A stretch of DNA of 64,000 bases from Eledone cirrhosa (taxonomy: Eukaryota): assembly GCA_964016885.1 (NCBI GenBank), contig OZ024740.1, forward strand, positions 241,242,001-241,306,000, given 5' to 3'. Numbering within the stretch: position 1 is the first letter of the stretch; each line of letters starts with the position of its first letter. Below are positions 40,506 to 54,999 of the stretch, piece after piece. Below the pieces are notes generated by a model. It ran no database searches and was not told where the DNA came from. It saw only the letters and a program-made list of their open reading frames with translations. Made by a program: the position numbers and the translations under genes.

Positions 40506-41160
40506 TGCTTAATCCTCATTTACTACAACGGCTTTATAGTTAATTGTATGAGGATGTTCTCTAACAAATCTGTACGACCAAACCTAAGAACAACAACCTA
40601 CATATTGACGGATGTATCTGCATAATAAAGAAACACAAAATATGACTGGCAATTTACGATTGTATCTCTGAACAAAGGGAACATTTTACAGAATAGTCGT
40701 GTGAATTTATAGGGATTCACATTAAAAAATAAAGTAAAATACAGAGGTTAAAACACAAATGATAGGAGAAAGATAAGCATTCACATACACACATAAACAT
40801 GCGAGCACGTACATATAAATAAACTCATACATATATGGATACAGACAAAATGACCAAATGGAAGTGAGAGAACATGAAAATGAGGCCACGGAAGTAATGG
40901 AGAGTGTAAAAAGCACATGGAAGTAGAATTGTTAGTTAAATGATACACTAAGCCATTTTTGATTTGAAAGAACGTATATTAATACGAGAGGGCTAATGGA
41001 AGTTACAAGAAGAGAATAAATTCAGGTCAAAATAATGAATAGAAGAGAAGCATAAAGGGAGAGAGAGGAGAGGAGGGATTGCGGAAGCGAGAGAAAAAAA
41101 GATGAGTAAATTTGAAGAAGAATGAATAAAATACATAATGAGATGCAAAATGATTGATGG

Positions 41161-41259
<99 letters not shown>

Positions 41260-41334
41260 TTGTTTTTGACTTTGGCTTCTCTCTCTCACGATATATATAT
41301 ATAAATAATTATGTATAGATAATATATGTGATTA

Positions 41335-41419
<85 letters not shown>

Positions 41420-41915
41420 TATAGAGAGAGAGAGAGTAGACGGTTAAATCAGTAAATCGGCCACACTTTTTATTCAAACTTCCTTCCACCCTGCTCACCA
41501 CTCCTCTCTCTCACTTAGATATCTACATCAAAAATCTCCAGTTACTCTTGCTCAACATTTTAATTTCTATTTGCTTTTCGAATTTCTCCAATCATCGATA
41601 ATACTTAAACTGCATATTTTCCTATATTGAAGACATCTATTTCCCTTCACATCTCTCTGAAGCCACTGTCCTCGAATTTTATAACAGAGTACGATAAAAG
41701 GTGTTAGTTTAACGCTTGAGAATAAAAAAGTGTCTTCAACGTTTCGCATGCTAGTCCTTCATCAAATAACGAAAGAAGAAAAGAAGAACATATGAAAAGG
41801 ATAAAAAGAAGAAAGGTTTCATGCGGGTATTATATATGAAGTTGGGGAAGGAGGGTGGAAACGCCGTCTTTTGATGTGACATCTTGACAAGGAATGTGGA
41901 ACCCCCCCCCCCCCC

Positions 41916-41946
<31 letters not shown>

Positions 41947-43164
41947 GTAGTATAGTTAATATGAAGCAATGTGAGATATGTAATAATTGATTGGTAAGAA
42001 CTTCAGAAAGCTGTTACAATGAGGTAGAAATATATAAAAGGCAATGGATGACAAATGATACAAAATATACGTCTACCATGTCACTCACACACACACATGC
42101 ATATATGTGTGTGTGTGTGATAGTGAACAAGAAACGCTTCCATTAAAAAGTCCTACTCATATTTTTGGTTGTTTAAGCAGATAAACACTAACATACCTAA
42201 GTTACTGTATGTACATTGGAATACACAGGCAATCATAAATTTGTGTTTCCTATTCAACAATGCTTCAAGCAAGCTACACAACGCCATTGATTATATATTT
42301 AGAATAGCAGCTGGAAAGATATCGTTTTCTAATGACTTTGCCTTTACGTAAATAAACATATGTAATTAGGTAGATTTAACGTGTTAAGCGTAATGCCAAA
42401 TAAATTATCAAACAGCAGCGACTCGTTAAAGAATGTTACAACGGATGTAAAAATGATATGAAATAAAGCTAAATTTATTTTGTTGGAAACAAAATGGGTG
42501 AAGTCTGTTCTTCTACCAGTGTACTACCCAAACAACACACTTTATTTCTATAATACTGAGCTTTACAATATGCAATCAGTTAACATATGAGGTGCAGGTC
42601 ACCATACAAGTTTTAATACGTAACATTTTATGTATAGGAAACCAAACAGAGGATACCTGTATAACGATTTTCAGTTAAGTCTGATAACATCACTATAACA
42701 TTATCGCACGTAAATGCAACAGCCAGGCATTCAATTAAATGCTAATTTATCCGCGTTTAAAAAGGGACGATACAATTAGCTACTGTCCTTGTCTCCCATA
42801 ATACTGGAATACAGAAACTCAACTGCGATTTCTGTAAAGAACTAGTTTGAAAAGTGTTTTATAGATATTAATCGAGAAATCTAATAACAGTTCAATTTCA
42901 AAGATTTTGACAGTAGTCTTCATATGTAGCTTAAATACTGTAACTTCTCTGAGATAGGTTAACTTTGAAAAATTACGGTTGTTTTTGTTGAAAGTACTGT
43001 ATAATTTTTTAAATGAACATAACATATTATATAAGTAAAGCACTATTTAAGTATTACAAGAATCTATTTAAACGTTGCTTTATTCAGCTAACATTCAATA
43101 TATAGGCACTTTCAAATTCTGGCAGCATAAACGAAAGTGTTTTTCTACGAGTCAACGTTGGAGT

Positions 43165-43320
43165 TAATGCGAACTAGAATAGCAGCCAAACTTCCCTCTT
43201 AAATATTATCTTACTGTTTTAAAAGAGGAAACGTTGCCTAAAAAAGACGAGACGGCCGCAGATGGAACGCTATTGATCATCTGTTTGCTAATCCAAGGCT
43301 GACCGGTGGCTAACAACCAT
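43165..43320 (+). repeat. Dispersed repeat (third SINE-like family); related copies near 6145-6260, 46440 and 50165-50335
   Basis: Shared CTAGAA(A)TAGCAGCCAAA...TGATCAT...GGCTGACC motifs. Confidence 0.5.
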
Positions 43321-43439
43321 AATATTTTGCTAACATTACTGGATGTTTCATTGCCATATGTTATCAACGACGACATTGTTCAGCAATTGCGACATAACAT
43401 AATAAAATAAGTGGGCGAGTCAGAAAGAGAGAAAGAAAG

Positions 43440-43498
<59 letters not shown>

Positions 43499-44167
43499 TA
43501 CTGAAAATTATTGAGAACTGCAACCCGTCAATGTCTGTATATAATATTTAGAATTTTTTTATGTCTGTTATCCATTTATAATATACTGGAAAATAATTTT
43601 CTATTGTTTGAGTTATGCAATATAATTCTATATTTAAGGGAATGTAAGCGAGAGTGAACAAGATTCAAATTTACTATACATATTTTTCAGGCGATTAACC
43701 TTTTATTTCGTTGGTTTATATTCTTTATTTAAAAAAACTTCCTTTCAGATCTTTACACAGGAGAGACTTTTAACGTATTTTAATTTAAATTTCAATCGTC
43801 TGACCAACCCCGTTTTATTTTGACATTGTAGGAAGATATATATATATATATATATATATATAATCTTTTTGTGATTAAATTCTGTACAGTAAATGAAGTT
43901 ACTGTAGTACTGTAGTGTGTTAAATAATAAATGTTACAAAACAAAAGAAATAAAAATGCAAATATTAATGGGAATAATTTTCATGGCGTTGGATAAAGCT
44001 TATAATGATGACAAAGAACTAAAGCTTACAAATTGAACCCAGGTTTTTTCCATGCCTCATGATATTTTGATACACACAACCAACTTAGCTATTCGTTTGA
44101 CACACTGACCATCACTTAAAGCACATAGGCAAATGTACACATACATCCATACATGCAGACTCAAGCA

Positions 44168-44270
44168 CGCACACGTACGCACACGAACGCACACGTACGC
44201 ACACGTACGCACACGTACGCACACGTACGCACACGTACGCACATGTACGTACACGTACGCACATGCACGC
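44168..44270. repeat. Decamer tandem repeat (ACACGTACGC)n
   Basis: About 9-10 units, directly visible. Confidence 0.9.
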
Positions 44271-44641
44271 ACATACATACATATATATATATATACATAC
44301 ATACAATGATACACACACACACTCATGTTTCAACGCAACAACGTACTGATCACCATTGACACACACAAACACCCATACACCATTATTTTTTCTCCTACAT
44401 TCAGACCTTTTCTCATTTCGGTTTCCATGATGGCTGACAAAAACAAGTGCTTAATTCCTTTATCGTTTCCCTATTTTCATTTTTACTCTCGCCTGTCTTT
44501 CTTTTTTCTCTCTATGAAACATCCCCTCTTCTCTTTTTTCTATCTTCCAATGAAACGTCAAGATACTTTTCCAACTATATCAATCGTCAAACTAATGCAC
44601 CATCACTATTGTTTTCTTCTTCTGTCTTGGTTTTCCTGGTT

Positions 44642-44765
<124 letters not shown>

Positions 44766-44967
44766 ATGTGGTAGAACACTGGAAGGTAATATCCGTAGTG
44801 GTAGATCACTCAGTCCATGGGACGAGTTAGGTAGAAGTGGTTACACAACAGTTAATTCACCATACCGAGAACAATTGTTTCACCTTAGCGGATCCTCAGC
44901 TGAGGATCCGCTAAGGTGAAACAATTGTTCTCGGTATGGTGAACTAACTGTTGTGTAACCACTTCTA
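44766..44967. mobile_element. Loopless palindromic insert with hammerhead in (TA)n, family G
   Basis: 68-bp arms 44832-44899 and 44900-44967 (1 mismatch). Tail 44766-44831. CTGAGGA-TCC GCTAA GGT-GAAA-CAATTG-TT at 44900-44929. Confidence 0.85.
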
Positions 44968-45352
44968 TATATATAAAATGTATATAGTTAAATACCTTGG
45001 AAATATGTTAGTTTGTTGAGGACTTTTAAAATGAAATTTTAAACCCACACTTTCAACATTTTTCAAAACGGGTAAATATTGCTTGTTGAGCTAACTGCAA
45101 TATTCAGTGATGATAAAAATAACTAAAGCTTAGAAATTGAGCCCAGGTTTTCTACATGCCTAAAATTCCGAGAAACACAACCAACCTGTCACGCTTCCTT
45201 GCATAGCTATTCGTTTCACACACTGACATTCAAGTGTAACATTCAGCTAGCTCAGGCCAAATAAATTATTATACTTTATCATGATATCAAATACATTTTC
45301 TTCCGTTCGTTAACACCCACACACCCACACCGACATACATTATATATATATA

Positions 45353-45535
45353 GGCGGTGGATTGGCAGTATCGGTAGAGGGTCGGACGCCATGCTTTCCA
45401 GCATAGTTACGTCCCTTTACGATCTGAGTTCAAATCCCGCCGAGGTTGACTTTGCCTTTCATCCTTACGGGGTCGATAAAATAAAGTACCAGTAATGCAC
45501 TGGGTAATTGCTGGCCTTGTGTCTAAAGTAGAAAC
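45353..45535 (+). mobile_element. Full-length tRNA-derived SINE
   Basis: Near identical to 38214-38394. A box TGGCAGTATCGG, B box GAGTTCAAATCC. Confidence 0.9.
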
Positions 45536-45843
45536 AATTATATATATATATATATATACAAATACTTCAGCGAGAATCGTATTTCGGGTGGTAGAAAAAG
45601 CGAAACGAAACGCAAAATCGTAGAAATGCTGGCAAGCGCTCAATAGTTAAAAAAAAAACTAGAGCTAAACAATATGTTAAAACGCCATACAAACTGAAAA
45701 AGTGGTTAAGAAGGCATTAACCACTTAAGCCAAAAAACAAATCAAGCTAAACAGGTCAAACAAAATAAATGATAAATACCTGGACCCAAATGGAATTGGT
45801 GGTAAAATCCAAATGCAGGGTTTCTAAGACACCTAATATATAT

Positions 45844-45963
<120 letters not shown>

Positions 45964-46644
45964 TCATGTGTCTGTACATGTATATATACTACCAAAATTA
46001 GATTAAAGATGTCATGTCTGAGAATATCAGAAGCATGCGCCATAACACTCGTGGAATAAGCTCAAAGATTCCAAGTTGTAAATCCGAGCATATTTTATAT
46101 ATATATGTCGAATGACATATATATATAAAATAAATACATCAAACAATTACAGGGGATAATTTGTAGCGTGTGTAACCGCACATAGTTACGGAGGTAACAT
46201 ATTAAAAATTAACAAGAACCTTGCAATAATGATTAACCTCCTTTGTATATATTCCATTGAAAAAATACGTTTCACCATTAAACGGTGAAACATAGATGTC
46301 AAATCTTGGATCATTGGCACAGGAGAAGATTTAACTATCTATGATTACACGCTAAAAAAAAAATCAAGGAATAACGACATGTGGTTTAAAAAAAACCACA
46401 TCGCCCTGCCGTCAAGAAAGTGGCGTGAATAGGGTTATCGACAGCTAGAAACAGCAGCCGAGTCCTTTCAACATAAAAAGGTCTACTAACAGAATACCGT
46501 AAATACTACCAAAATTAAATTAAAGATACTATGTCTGAGAATATCAGAAGTATGCGCCATATCACCTGTGAAATCTCAAAGATTCCAAGTAATAAATCCG
46601 AACATTTATTAACATTAAATTAGAAGTCAGCACACACACACACA

Positions 46645-46803
<159 letters not shown>

Positions 46804-46915
46804 TAAGAAGATGAATGGGTCATTGACATGGTTTAAGGGCATTTTCAATTGAAGTGTCGAAAATTGAATCCCAATGGGAATTTAAATCACTTATCGCTCG
46901 CTCTATGTCACTTAC

Positions 46916-47003
46916 CAACCACAGAAATCAATATGAAAGACAGCAAGCTAATTAAATAACTACTATATGTAACAATACTCAAGTGAACGAGAACTTTACA
47001 TTT
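46916..47003 (-). CDS. Candidate 88-bp host exon encoding a hydrophobic segment
   Basis: Acceptor TTATCTCCAG, donor TTG/GTAAGT. Open as KCKVLVHLSIVTYSSYLISLLSFILISVV, ending in phase 1. Confidence 0.25.
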
Positions 47004-47313
47004 CTGGAGATAATAGTTTATACATTCCAATATTACCCATGGACAAATGAAAATGATAGAAAATAAAAATCGTTTAAAAAAAGTACATGTTTGATAGTTG
47101 TACGATCATTAACGAAGGCCTCCGGATAGTGTAGAGAGCTCTATCCTTCTCTAACCTGTGGAATAAATCGCTTGTACAAAAAACGATTGTACTAATTGGG
47201 AAAGATATTTCACATGCCTCCATGATCAGTACAAATTATTTTTTAGATGAAGTTGATATCCAGCGGACGATATGCCTTTCCCAATGGTATCAGTGTCATC
47301 AGTATAGTGAATT

Positions 47314-48220
47314 TATGATGTGTGTCAGAAAATTTACAATCACTGCTTCCTGTGATAATTGGCTCAGAAAATTACAGGTAGTGTGCTATGTGAGCTATGA
47401 GTGAGGTAGGGATTAGTGGGTTGCGTCATTGTGTGACGTAATATCTGGGGAGTATATAACAGCGATCTCAGCTCTCTGCAACCATTGTACGTCTTTTCAC
47501 GTGCTCATGTTAACAGCTTCTCAATGTTAGGCCGTCGAGCGATGGGCACAGAGCAACGAACCAGCCTTATGTTTCTGGTCCGGCTAGTAAAACTCCCTCA
47601 GAAACACTCAGAATACTGCAGCAAGTGTACGGAGATGAGACGTTGTCGCGCTCACAGGTTTTCGAGTGGCACGAGTACGTGAAAGAGGACCCCAGGAGCA
47701 GAAAGCCTTCAACGAGCAGGACTGAGGCTTAAATTGAGTGCGTAAGGGATATAGTGCGTGGCGCTTGTTAGCTAACTGTTCGACTGATCAAGTGAGCTGG
47801 GCATAAACCGTGACAGTATTTTGAAGATTCTTACCGTAGATTTGGGCATGCCGAAGATCTGCGCGAAAATGGTGCCGAAACTGCTGAACGATGGCCGGAA
47901 GGAGCGGTGTTTTCAGATGTGTCAGGACATCGAGAGCCTTGAAACCAAACTAGACTTGCTGGGGAGAATCATCACCGGTGGTGAGTCATGGGGACCCGTT
48001 TTCCGGACGTGGAAACCACCATGAGAGCCGTGACGACGAAGCTGTGGAGAATCCCGAGCGAATCCTTCCAGAAGTGCATGGAAGCGTGGCGGAGAATGAT
48101 AGGAAAGTCCATTAGAATAAAGGCAGATTATTTCGAAGGGGAAAATTTGTAGTTTGTAGTTTCGATTTGAAATACTTCTTTTGCGACCTCAGACCAGTTT
48201 CTTTTCTGATACACCTCGTA
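47314..48220 (+). mobile_element. Degraded mariner transposon
   Basis: TIRs TATGATGTGTGTCAGAAAA and TTTTCTGATACACCTCGTA. Peptides EQRTSLMFLVRL, LQQVYGDETLSRSQVFEWH, DLGMPKICAKMVPKLL, RIITGGESW. Confidence 0.85.
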
Positions 48221-48345
48221 TGATAACCAGTACTCTATACTGACGTGCTATCACATCGAAACATATTTCACTTTTGTCCTGCATATAACAGTGAAATTAA
48301 ACAAATTTATTTTATTTATAAATATTTTGAACTTCATTCATTATT

Positions 48346-48518
48346 ACGGTGGATTGGCAGTATTGATAGAGGGTCGGACGCTATGCTTTGACGTATAGAG
48401 TTACGGCCCTTGCCATTCTGAGTTCAAATCCCGCCAAGGTTAACTTTGCCTTTCATCCTTACGGGGTCGATAAAATAAAATACCAGTAATGCACTGGCCT
48501 TGTGCCTAACGTAGAAAC
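48346..48518 (+). mobile_element. SINE copy
   Basis: Matches the family consensus. Confidence 0.85.
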
Positions 48519-49965
48519 AATTATTAATATATAGTTCTAAATCTACTTATATTTTCTAGATTCTGTATCAAAACAATTTTTCATGATGGCTCTCATTTAC
48601 TTTATGGATGCACTTTTAACAACATATTTTTTATAATCAACAAACAACTAGTGAATCTGTCATTTTAATAGAGATGCATTTATGTTTATAACATATATGC
48701 ATTTTCTGTGAAATGGTATTGGAATAATACACGTCTAGCTCTTGGGAGCACAATGTGACATAAACTTTAGATGCTCATTGGAATTATCATGTTAGGTTCG
48801 CGCCAGAATTTGTTCAATTCCGGTTTGAATTACGCTAAAGAAAACATCTGATAATTACATAGAAATAGCGTTTTAGTTCTTACAAAGCGAGTTGATTTAA
48901 GAATGTGAAGACTTTGTTTTCCTGTCGAATATTGATAGGACTCAATGTCGAAATTAATGATAAATTGATATATTGTGTCAATACTATAGGCCAAAGAAAT
49001 TAGTCGATTACACAACACTAACGTTGATTGCAGCGATGTACAGCTTCGTTTAGGGCACCCATTTATCTAGGTTAACAGTGCTATGTTGAGTTAAGTGTTT
49101 TTGTCTGAAAAGCACTGCAGATAGTGTTCGAACAGTAGATACTTTGATTGAAAAGCCTTCACTTTAATGATCAGGCGAGAAGCATAATAGATTTAAAAGT
49201 TTAAATAATGTGATTTCGTTAACATTTGATTCATTTTATTGATATATCTCCAGACAACTTTTTCTCTTTCTAATTCCATTGCTTTTGCTATATATTATAT
49301 ATAGAGTGTTAGTTTGTTGCACTGTTTGCTGCTTAATTAGAACATGATATAAAGAGTAGTAAATGAATACTTCCATTAATATTACCAGTTTAAGAGAAGA
49401 AAAGCGTTTTTTAAAGAGTAAATGAAAATTCTGCAAGCAATTCCATCAAGAAAGAGCTACTAATTTTATTATATCCCTAATGACTTTGCAACAGAAATTA
49501 AGACTCCACGTTCATTTCAATTTAAACTAATTTTTTCGTCTTTCAATAATAAATCTCTTGTGCATTCTAAAAGTTTTACAAAATGAAAACATTGTCTTTT
49601 TTTCTTGAAAAGAGTCAAGATTAATTTAGTGCCGGAAGCAATTTTCGATATTAACACTTAATTAAGTAAATTCACGTAGAGTTAGCTGTAATTTTCTGAG
49701 CCAATTATCACAGAAAGCAGTGATTGTAAATTTGATATTTAACAAACTATTTATTTTTTGTTTCTTCATTGTAAAAGAAATTATGCCACGTTAATGTCAA
49801 CAGTGAATACACACAATTTCAATGTTTCATTTCAGTTGAAGTTGTTGGCCAAAATATTAGTTTTGTTATACAATAATAAACAGAATCTTTTGTGTTCTAC
49901 ATAAAAAAATTCCAAATCTAATAATACCAAATGTCTGGTTTTAGAATATATTTTCAAAATATTTT

Positions 49966-50155
49966 TCATGGGCTGAAAAGTTCATAGATTAACCAGGATA
50001 CTCTCATGAAATGACCAAATAAAATTTATTTTTCAACATAATCCCCAGAAAGAAACCATACATTTATTAATGAGAAGAAATGAAATTAATGCATGCAAGA
50101 TTTAACAGCTTTAGCATCACTCCTTCATAGTTAGTCTATGAGTTTTTTTAGCGAT
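49966..50155. mobile_element. Mariner-type MITE
   Basis: Inverted ends GCTGAAAAGTTCATAGATTAAC and GTTAGTCTATGAGTTTTTTTAGC. TTTATTTTTCAACATAATC resembles mariner subterminal sequence. Confidence 0.5.
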
Positions 50156-50623
50156 CGTTTGAAATGCTGGAAATACCAGCCCAATTTCCCTTAAATTACA
50201 CCGTACAGTTTGGAATAGGAACACATCGGATAATATAATACTGCATACACGATACCAGAGAAAACGACGAGATTTTCATGGCTGGAATGCCGTCAACCAT
50301 ATGTTGAATCAGGGCTGTGTAAAGATAAACAACATCAATATCTTCGTCTAGTAAAAACAAATCGATAATTTTCTTTGTTCCGTTGTATGATTAGTATGAA
50401 ATCAAAAGCAGTTATAATATTTTGATTCCCAATTAAAGTTAAATCTTGTTTTGTCATTTGTCACGTAAATGTTGCTGGTTTTGTGCCTAGTCAATAGAAA
50501 CCAATACAATCTTTCACGAGGTGAGGGCTGATCGATATCGGTGAAAATTACACTATGAAGCTGGTGTTGGATAGGTTCATATATCGTGGCGGCAGGGGGG
50601 AGGGAGTTGGTGTTGGATAGATT

Positions 50624-51060
50624 CATATGCCGTGGGGAGAAGAGGAAGGTGACCTTTCTGGGTCATATGTCGTGGGGAGAAGAAGAAGCTGATCTTTCTG
50701 GGTCATATGTTGTGGGGAGAAGAGGAAACTGATCTTTCTGGGTCATATGTCGTGGGGAGAAGAAGAAGCTGATCTTTCTGGGTCATATGTTGTGGGGAGA
50801 AGAGGAAGCTGATCTTTCTGGGTCATATGTCGCGGGGAGAAGAAGAAGCTGATCTTTCTGGGTCATATGTTGTGGGGAGAAGAGGAAACTGATCTTTCTG
50901 GGTCATATGTCGTGGGGAGAAAAAGAAGCTGATTTTCTGGGTAATATGCCGTGGGGAGAAGAGGAAACTGACTTTTCTGGGTAATATGCCGTGGGGAGAA
51001 GAGGAAACTGACTTTTCTGGGTAATATGCCGTGGGGAGAAGATGAAGCTGACCTTTCTGG
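50624..51060. repeat. 40-bp minisatellite, about 11 copies
   Basis: Unit CATATGTCGTGGGGAGAAGAGGAAGCTGATCTTTCTGGGT. Confidence 0.95.
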
Positions 51061-51983
51061 ACAAACATTTAATTCGAAAGAGAAGAATTTTCTTTCATTC
51101 AGTGGCAAAAATTGTAGAATGTTTCAGTGGTCTCTGTCTGCATATCAGTTTTGATGTTTGGTTATAAAATAATCATTTACTTATGAGGCTAAATCATTCG
51201 AGAAAACTAGAATAATCCACGATGTCACAGCTCCATATCACTATTCAAGTGTAATTTTATCACAATGTGAAAAACTCATATATTATACTTTTAAATATAT
51301 TTTGCTTTTCAACAGACAAGACGATTTCTGAAATTTTATCAAATTAATTGTACGTATTTTATTGACGCTGGGCTGATTAAAAGTTGAGGTGACATCAGTT
51401 GAAATTGAACACAGAATGTTGAAGGGAACTAAATAGTGTAAGCCTTACACTATTTGTGTGAAGGCTCATGCCTTACGCTGTAAGGCTTGAGCTTTCACAT
51501 ACATAGAAATTTATTACATCTGCACGTTACCAGTTTTGCCGAACTACACCCGTTTAAAATAAAAAAAATAACGAATTCAATATAAAATTGAATGGACTCC
51601 TATAGATGATCGATACGTATCTCATCGACTAGAGGTATACGAACACCAGAACATAAACCGGCAAGGTTTAAAGGAAGACTATAGAAATTACTATTGTTGG
51701 AAACGAATTGTTTTGTTGAAAACACAACGCGTCATCCTAGTTCAGGAATCGAACCTACCACCATTTCATTTAACATACTTACCACTAATTCATGTGCCTC
51801 CAATATTCTATTTACCAACCAATTATTCTCTCCAGATGTTAAAAGTCGTGTGATTGTGTTTTTCAAGCCATTCATTATGAAAATGAATATTTGAAGAAAA
51901 AAATGACTCTAAAGCAAATATAGATTTTATTTGTCTCGTAATCACGCTTCTATTTAAATTACAAATTTGTGTTAATGTAATAA

Positions 51984-52612
51984 TTGTTTCTACTTTAGGC
52001 ACAAGGACAGCAATTACCCAATGCATTACTGGTACTTTATTTTATCGACTCCATAAGGATGAAAGGCAAAGTTAACCTCGGCGTGATTTGAACTCAGAAT
52101 GGCAAGGGCTGTAACTCTATGCGTCAAAGCATGGCGGCCGGCCCTCTACCGATACTGCCAAGGTAATAATATCTTTAATCTATTTAAGGAATAATGTTTC
52201 TAATGATTATAATAAGGATTTCTAGTATAGGCACAAGGCCAGCAATTTGGAAGAGGGGGAAAAGTCGATTAAATCGATCACAGTACGTTACTGGTACTTT
52301 ATTTTACAGACCCCAAAGTTAACCTCGGTGGGATTTGAACTCAGATCGTAAAGGCCCGTAACTCCATGCTGCAAAGCATGGTGTCCGACCCGCTAACGAT
52401 ACTGCCAATCCACCGCTCACATAGAATCATTGTTTCTACTTTTGGAACAAGGCCAGCAATTATCCCAGTGTATTACTGGTACTTTGTTTTATCGACCCCG
52501 TAAGGATGAAAGGCAAAGTCAACCTCGGCGGGATTTGAACTCAGATCATAAAGGGACGTAACTATGCTGGAAAGCATGGCGTCCGACCCTCTACCGATAC
52601 TGCTCATCCACC
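51984..52612 (-). mobile_element. Three tandem SINE copies
   Basis: Copies at about 51984-52160, 52217-52416 and 52431-52612. CACATAGAAT duplicated at about 52418 and 52614. Confidence 0.9.
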
Positions 52613-52689
52613 GCACATAGAATAAAATACAAATGTCAGGAAAGTGAACAGTATATATGTATGAGTCATGATATACATGTGTGCGTGGG

Positions 52690-52935
52690 GATGAGGAGGA
52701 TATGAGCTGTAGTGTTGGCGAATTTCAGGAAACATGGAGGTGCTAAAGGATACAGTATCCCGGCAGCTAATAATTGATGCAGGTAGTTTGTTCCATGCTT
52801 CAGCAAATCTGAGCGTGAAAAAAATGTTTCCGAAAGTCATGGGAGCTGTAAAGGTTTTGCAAGATTCTTGATGTGAAATTGTGTGTTGAAACATATATTC
52901 TTGTATGTTGAGAGGCAACATGCTACCAATCAAAA
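52690..52935 (-). mobile_element. CR1/L2-type LINE 3' fragment
   Basis: FFTLRFAEAWNKLPASII matches the CR1/L2 C-terminal FFxxRVxxxWNxLP motif. Confidence 0.7.
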
Positions 52936-53125
52936 CACTCGGTTTAGTTTCAATATAATTTTATTATTAATCAGGTAATTGATCCATCAATTAATTAGTT
53001 AATCAACTAATTAATTAATTGTTAAAGTTCTTTATTCACAGCCAGTGATATTATCAATGACTCTTTACCTCAATGTATCCTCTTTGTCCACACCTACTTT
53101 TTGTTTGTATATTAGTAGGATCAAC

Positions 53126-53335
53126 AGGGCGATGGATTGGCAGTATCGGTAGAGGGTCGGACGCCATGCTTTGCAGCATAGAGTTACGGCCCTTTATGAT
53201 CTCAGTTCAAATCCCGCCGAGGCTAAATTTGCCTTTCATCCTTATGGGGTCGATAAAATAAAGTACCAGTCACGCACTGGTGTCGATTTAATTGACTTTC
53301 CCCTCCCCCAAAATTGCTGGCCTATATAAGAAACC
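53126..53335 (+). mobile_element. Long-form SINE with 17-bp TSD, followed by older copies to about 53720
   Basis: TSD ATATTAGTAGGATCAAC at 53109-53125 and 53336-53352. Confidence 0.9.
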
Positions 53336-53840
53336 ATATTAGTAGGATCAACGTCGGACAATATACTTTGCCGTATTCGTTCCGACATTTTAAACCCTGA
53401 GTTCAAATCTCACCTAGGTCATCTTTGCATTTCATCATTCCGGAGTCAATGAAATAAAATACCAGTCCAATACTGGCATCGGCTTAATCAACCTTCCTTT
53501 CCTAACCCAAATTGAGGCTTGGGCCTAAATTAGGAACCATTCAAGGGCGTTAGATTGGCAGAATCGTTAGAGCATCGATCAAAATATTTTGCGTAGTTGT
53601 TCCGTTTATTTATGTTCCGGGTTCAAATCCAGTTTAGTTCATCTTTGCTTTCGGTGTTTTGGGGTTCGATAAAATAAAATACCTATTAAGTACTGAAGTC
53701 GATGTAACCTATTTTTTCTCCATTGACGGCGTTATGCGATTTCGGTAGAGAGTCAATCTAAGGATAGGCCACATATTTTTCAAACCGTGGAATTAGAGAT
53801 CAATTTGAAGGTAGCATATGAATGACTGTGCATGCGCGCG

Positions 53841-53871
<31 letters not shown>

Positions 53872-54608
53872 GTATATATATAAATATATATATGGGGGGG
53901 GGGTGTTTGAGAAAGTTACCCATTTATGTGCAAAGATATGAGTCAATGTAATGAAAGTTTACACTTTGCATGCTCATATTAACACAGTTCTTCCTGTTTT
54001 ATTCCCTTGGGGTACAATATAATACAGAGAGCCTGGTTCCTACCTTCAATCACTGTGTAAATTGAGACGTATTTATTGTATAACAATAAAGAACTTACAT
54101 CTGTATTGAACCCAAGGCATATGAACTGGAAGATTAGTTTTTAAAAAGTCACGAGTAGAAAGAAAGAGGTTGAGAAACAGAGAGTATAACTTTGGAAGAT
54201 TTACAAACCAAAAATTAACACACAGATACAGCATACGTGAAATCAATTATAACTACTATGCTCCAACCACGATTGATTTTAACTCCCATGATCCTTTATG
54301 ACCACTGCTAAACACGTGATACGCCGCGAGGATGGCAATGTTGAATCTGAAAATGGAAAGTGGTGACATCGAAATGTTAATATTCCCATGGATTTATTGT
54401 TCCAAATTAATCATAAAGATATTATAAGGAAGTACCCCTCTACCCACACATACAGTATATGTACACTTAGTAATAACAGTCCCGAGAAGAGTACCATGAT
54501 AGAAATTAACATAGTCTTTATTAAGGTTAAGCTTGTTTCTTGTTATTTTGGATCTTCTCCTGTCACAGGGTCGTCAGACAAAACTAATATTTCAGCGGAT
54601 GAACAGAG

Positions 54609-54639
<31 letters not shown>

Positions 54640-54780
54640 GAATAAAAATAATGAATAAAAACAAAGAAACAGTTCCTTATATTAAAATATTCATCATTTT
54701 ACGATCGTTTCTAGGATATATATGTGTGTGTTGGTATGTATATCATATAGATCTATGTAAAATTTTTACAAACTATCATA
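54640..54780 (-). mobile_element. Fragment of the family F PLE terminal repeat next to (TA)n
   Basis: Near identical to 36205-36340. Keeps the GAAA-CGATCG-TA-AAATGATG half of the hammerhead. Confidence 0.85.
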
Positions 54781-54806
54781 TATATATACTCGAAAATATT
54801 CTTACT

Positions 54807-54856
<50 letters not shown>

Positions 54857-54873
54857 GGAGAGCGAGAAAGAGA

Positions 54874-54921
<48 letters not shown>

Positions 54922-54999
54922 GAAAAAGCGAGAGAGAGAAAAAAGAGAGAGAGAGAGAAAGAGAGAATGAGAGATAGATAGAGAGAGAGAGAGAGAGAG

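Noticed and set aside
50624-51060. Regularly spaced repeats that could be mistaken for a CRISPR array
   Set aside because: Units are contiguous with no unique spacers, the context is eukaryotic, and there are no cas genes.
54545-54585. Minus-strand CTGACGA-CCCTG TGA CAGGA-GAAG hammerhead-like string
   Set aside because: Stem III and GAAA are missing. At best a decayed relic, so it is not called.
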